Origin: Selaginella moellendorffii
Taxonomy: Eukaryota; Plantae; Lycopodiophyta
NCBI RefSeq assembly: GCF_000143415.4
Contig: NW_003314261.1
Span: forward strand, 3,712,880-3,776,879
DNA length: 64,000 nucleotides
Direction of reading: 5' to 3'
The notes beneath the pieces were generated by a model. It was not told the origin of the DNA, did not search any database, and saw only the letters and a list, made by a program, of their open reading frames with translations. Shown piece by piece: positions 60,650 to 64,000 of the stretch. Within the stretch, counting starts at the first letter, position 1; the number at the start of each line of letters is the position of its first letter. The position numbers and the translations under genes were made by a program.

Positions 60650-63600
60650 ACACCATCTCAAGGACTACTCAGTTTGGGACTTGTCATAATTGGCTTGTGC
60701 CTCGTTTAGGAGTATTAAGAGCTCAAGTCCTACTTGAAGTAGCTGCATCCCCTCTGCCCATGCTGTGCTAATTTTGATTACTTCAACAATCATCATGTGA
60801 TCCATCTCTATTACAAGTGTTGTGGCTACAAACATTGCAAATTCACATTATAAGCGACTAATTTTTCCATTCTACTTTAGCCACTTAACCACATTTTCGA
60901 CCACTTGGAGGAATCTTACTCACAACCTCCATAAGTCCTATTTCGGACTTGGGCTTGCTACCCCCGAGAATGGCATCCCCGCCACTCAACCTGTGCACTT
61001 GGTCCAAGTGCTCCACGTGTCTGATCCCATGACCGACACTCAAAAGTACCATCGACATAGCAGCCTGTTATGCTAAGGCTATACCTAATCACCTTTGCCG
61101 CACTAGTGGTCCAATACCACTTGCATCACAATCCTACCTCTCCAAGACTGGGCCAACCATCCATGAGTGGTCACTATAGATCCACTCCTTAGCATCCTTT
61201 GGATGCCCACCGAAAAGGAGAATAGCCTTCCCAATATTCCTCTTTCAATCCCAACCAAGTCCCATCCTACCCATGGCCGTGTTCACCAACACTGCCATTG
61301 GGTCAAGGCCCACAGGCCCGACCACTAAGTCCCAATGCCCTCTGGGACTTCCTTACCATGTGACTATGTCCTTAGTCACTATGCCAGAGGTCTGCTCTTC
61401 TTCCTTTCCACAGTCTAGGACTTTGGGGCAATATTTCGGAACACCATGGCCTTACGCGAGCCACCTGGGTACTCTCTCTGCCTTCTACCCTTAGGTGCTC
61501 TAGCCATGGGCTTAGAGTGAGGTTCTGTTGAGCTATGCCTAGTATCCAAGTAAGTAGTGCCACCCACAGTTGGACTGAGAGCATCGGCCAGTCGATCTCC
61601 TGGGGGAACTAGAGTCGGCTCCTGAACACTTCACTAAGCTACCCCGCTTGTCGGTTTATGTTCACTCTAGTCTTGGACTTCCCAGTGGGCAGCTCCTCAC
61701 CCAAAACTGGGTACAGCCTTCCTGGGCCAAACTAGCCTTTCCTAGCCAAACTGGCTCCACTGTAGTCCTCCCCCTTACTATACTTTTGGAGCTCACCAAA
61801 CCCCCTAGGGTCTGGGAGACGAATGCTTTGGGCTTTCACCCTCTCAGACTCGGACTGGGGCTCAAGCTCAGTCTCGGACTTGGACTCGGACTCGGGCTCA
61901 GGCTCAGCTTGGCCTTGGCCTCAGTCTTGGTCTCGGTCTCGGTCCCGGTCTCGGCCTCGATCTCGGTCCCGGTCTCGGCCTCGGTCTCGGTCCCAGTCTC
62001 GGTCTCAGTTCCAGTCTCGGTCCCGGTCTCGGTCTTGACCTCGGACTCCATCTCGGGTCCTTCTCGGACTCCATCTCGGACTCCATCTCGGGTCCATCTC
62101 GGACTCCATCTCAGTCCATCTTGGACTCCATCTCCGACTCCGTCTCGGTCCATCTCGGGTCCATCTCGGACTCCATCTGGGACTCCATCTTGGACTCCAT
62201 CTGGGACTCCATCTCGGACTCCGTCTCAGTCCATCTCGGGTCCATCTTGGACTCCATCTCAAACTCCATCTCGGACTCCATCTTAGTCCATCTTGGACTC
62301 CGTCTCGATCCATCTCGGGTCCATCTTGGACTCCATCTCGGGCACTCCCACATATCATGTGTTCGTCCTTTTGGGTCCCTTTTTTAGAGCCTTGTTTATT
62401 GCTCGCTTCGTGCTCATTCCTCGAGCACTTTGTTGGGAGTTCCACTCCAGCTCTCGACCTATCAAGTTAGAGCTTTTAGTCCAAACGTGTTACGCTCGTT
62501 TGGCTTTTGCTTCAGCCACTACCACGTGGCACCCTTCCGGCTCCACTTTGGGGCCTAAGGATTTTGTGTCTCACAACTCCACCACCCATACATGAAGTTC
62601 GATGTCCTCATTGAATGGTAAACCCTTTTTTAAAGTAACACCTGCAGGTATTACCATTTCCATCCTTGGCACCCAACCAATATTTGTCTATGGTTTGACC
62701 CCAAAAGCTCACCATGCTTTGTCCATCCTCTAAGGAGCATAGTCTCTCCAACATAGAGACTCACTCGACCACCTGGGGTGGTTTGCTCCCTTTTATTAGT
62801 TCAGTTCTCGCTAAACACGTTAGAGACACCCTTTCTAACTCAATTCCACTACTCATTTTCGAGTAGTCTTAAATTCCATTGACATAACCTTTGCACTTTG
62901 GAACTTTTAATTTTGTCTTCTCAAAGTCAATTTCCTAGGTGTCTCTGACACCTTACGTTGCACATGGTGCAACTCCACTTCCCTATCCTATGAAGTTCTT
63001 TATTTGAGGGTACCATCATCCTCTCTCCGATATCGTGCCACCTTTGGCACTAAGTTCCAGTTATCATAATTGGTGCTAGGGCTACCCACGGCCCTATTAT
63101 TTGGCTACCTTACCGCTTCCCCCTTTGGAGTATCCACTTTCGCCAAATCGGAGCAGTTGGGAATCCACCCTTGGGGAAACATTGCCTTTCCCACAATCCG
63201 TTAGCACCCAACACATTAGTGTTCTCGGCCTAACTTTGCCATTTGGATTCTTTCCCATGATTCCCATGGCTCTTTTCTTAGCCACTAGTCTTTTGCTCCT
63301 ATCCTTGATTGTTGCACCCAACAACATAGGATCGTTACCTCCATTTTCAAGGTTTCCTTTCAGTTCCATAGCAAACACTTTGCTTTGCCAAGTCCAGAGA
63401 GTGTTCACCCCTAATACGTCTCTTTAACATTTTCTGCTATGGGCTCTATCCATGGCCCAACTTTTGAGACCCTCCCATAGGTCTTTTATAGAGACTACTT
63501 TCCTCGGACTCACTATGCCATCGCATGGACATAACTTATTTCCCTTAAGGTGTTCTTCCCACTTGGTCACCTTGACCAAGCCACACCATTATTAATAGTT

Positions 63601-64000
63601 CAAATCAACACTTTGAACTAGAAATCATATTCCTTAACCCAAACAAAGACTTTCTCCTTGTTTAGCTACAAAATCACCTAGTGATCTCATCTTGACCCTT
63701 TAATAGGTCTACCAATAGGAACTAGGTCTTCCAGACCCTTCTACATTGTTGACTATGACTTCGGGGGCATCCCCCACACTTGGCGGTGTGCCCAAGCCAA
63801 CCCTTCCGGCCAAGGATCCATAGCAACTGAGACTAGGTGTCCTCATCTCATTCACCATGTCCTTGGTGCCCTTTGCACCAAAGTGTTCAAGTTAGATATG
63901 CCAAGCTTTCACTCTAAGCAATGCAACCGTGCATCACGACTCTGGGGCATCCCCCGCTTGGTAGTGTGCCCAAGCCAATCTCCTCATTGAGAGTCCATGA
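60650..64000 (-). mobile_element. Degenerate retroelement-like sequence
   Basis: Stop-riddled, strand-biased sequence. Minus-strand FGGHPKDAKEWI (~61180-61225) resembles a gag N-terminal motif. Internal tandem repeats. Family not identifiable. Confidence 0.35.
61845..62341. repeat. Compound minisatellite: 6-bp (TCGGTC-like) then 12-bp (GGACTCCATCTC) units
   Basis: Visible period-6 array 61845-62040 and period-12 array 62040-62341. Confidence 0.92.

Noticed and set aside
61845-62341. Repeat array as possible CRISPR
   Set aside because: No unique spacers, no cas genes, eukaryotic context.

Overview
Eukaryotic nuclear DNA from a land plant. The very compact genes, ~50-70 bp introns, intronless PLS-class PPR genes with long runs of short motifs and a VAPYRIN gene point to a lycophyte such as Selaginella (inference, not verified). 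1-48.8 kb is gene-dense: thioredoxin-fold/DUF179 protein, HIPP, myotubularin, a transposase-derived zinc-finger protein, cytosolic TPI, a C2 protein, LRR-RLP, BAHD acyltransferase, LAF3 amidohydrolase, JMJ31-like JmjC, Ser/Thr kinase, three PPRs, VAPYRIN, SmB, GDSL lipase, VAMP72, TMEM69/DUF3429, YUCCA, TMEM135 and a tandem NIF/SCP phosphatase. 48.9-64 kb is mostly decayed transposons. Main structural observations: (1) a ~585 bp TRIM with 5S rRNA A-box/C-box-like motifs in both LTRs (Cassandra-like), nested in the integrase of a decayed Ty3/gypsy element; (2) a kinase-LAF3-JmjC-PPR block tandemly duplicated with reciprocal gene loss, plus an inverted third copy ~27 kb away; (3) a second tandem duplication of LRR-RLP + BAHD; (4) a GC-AG intron inside the myotubularin catalytic motif and an apparent GA-AG intron in the C2 gene. 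Exon boundaries were read by eye and are approximate.
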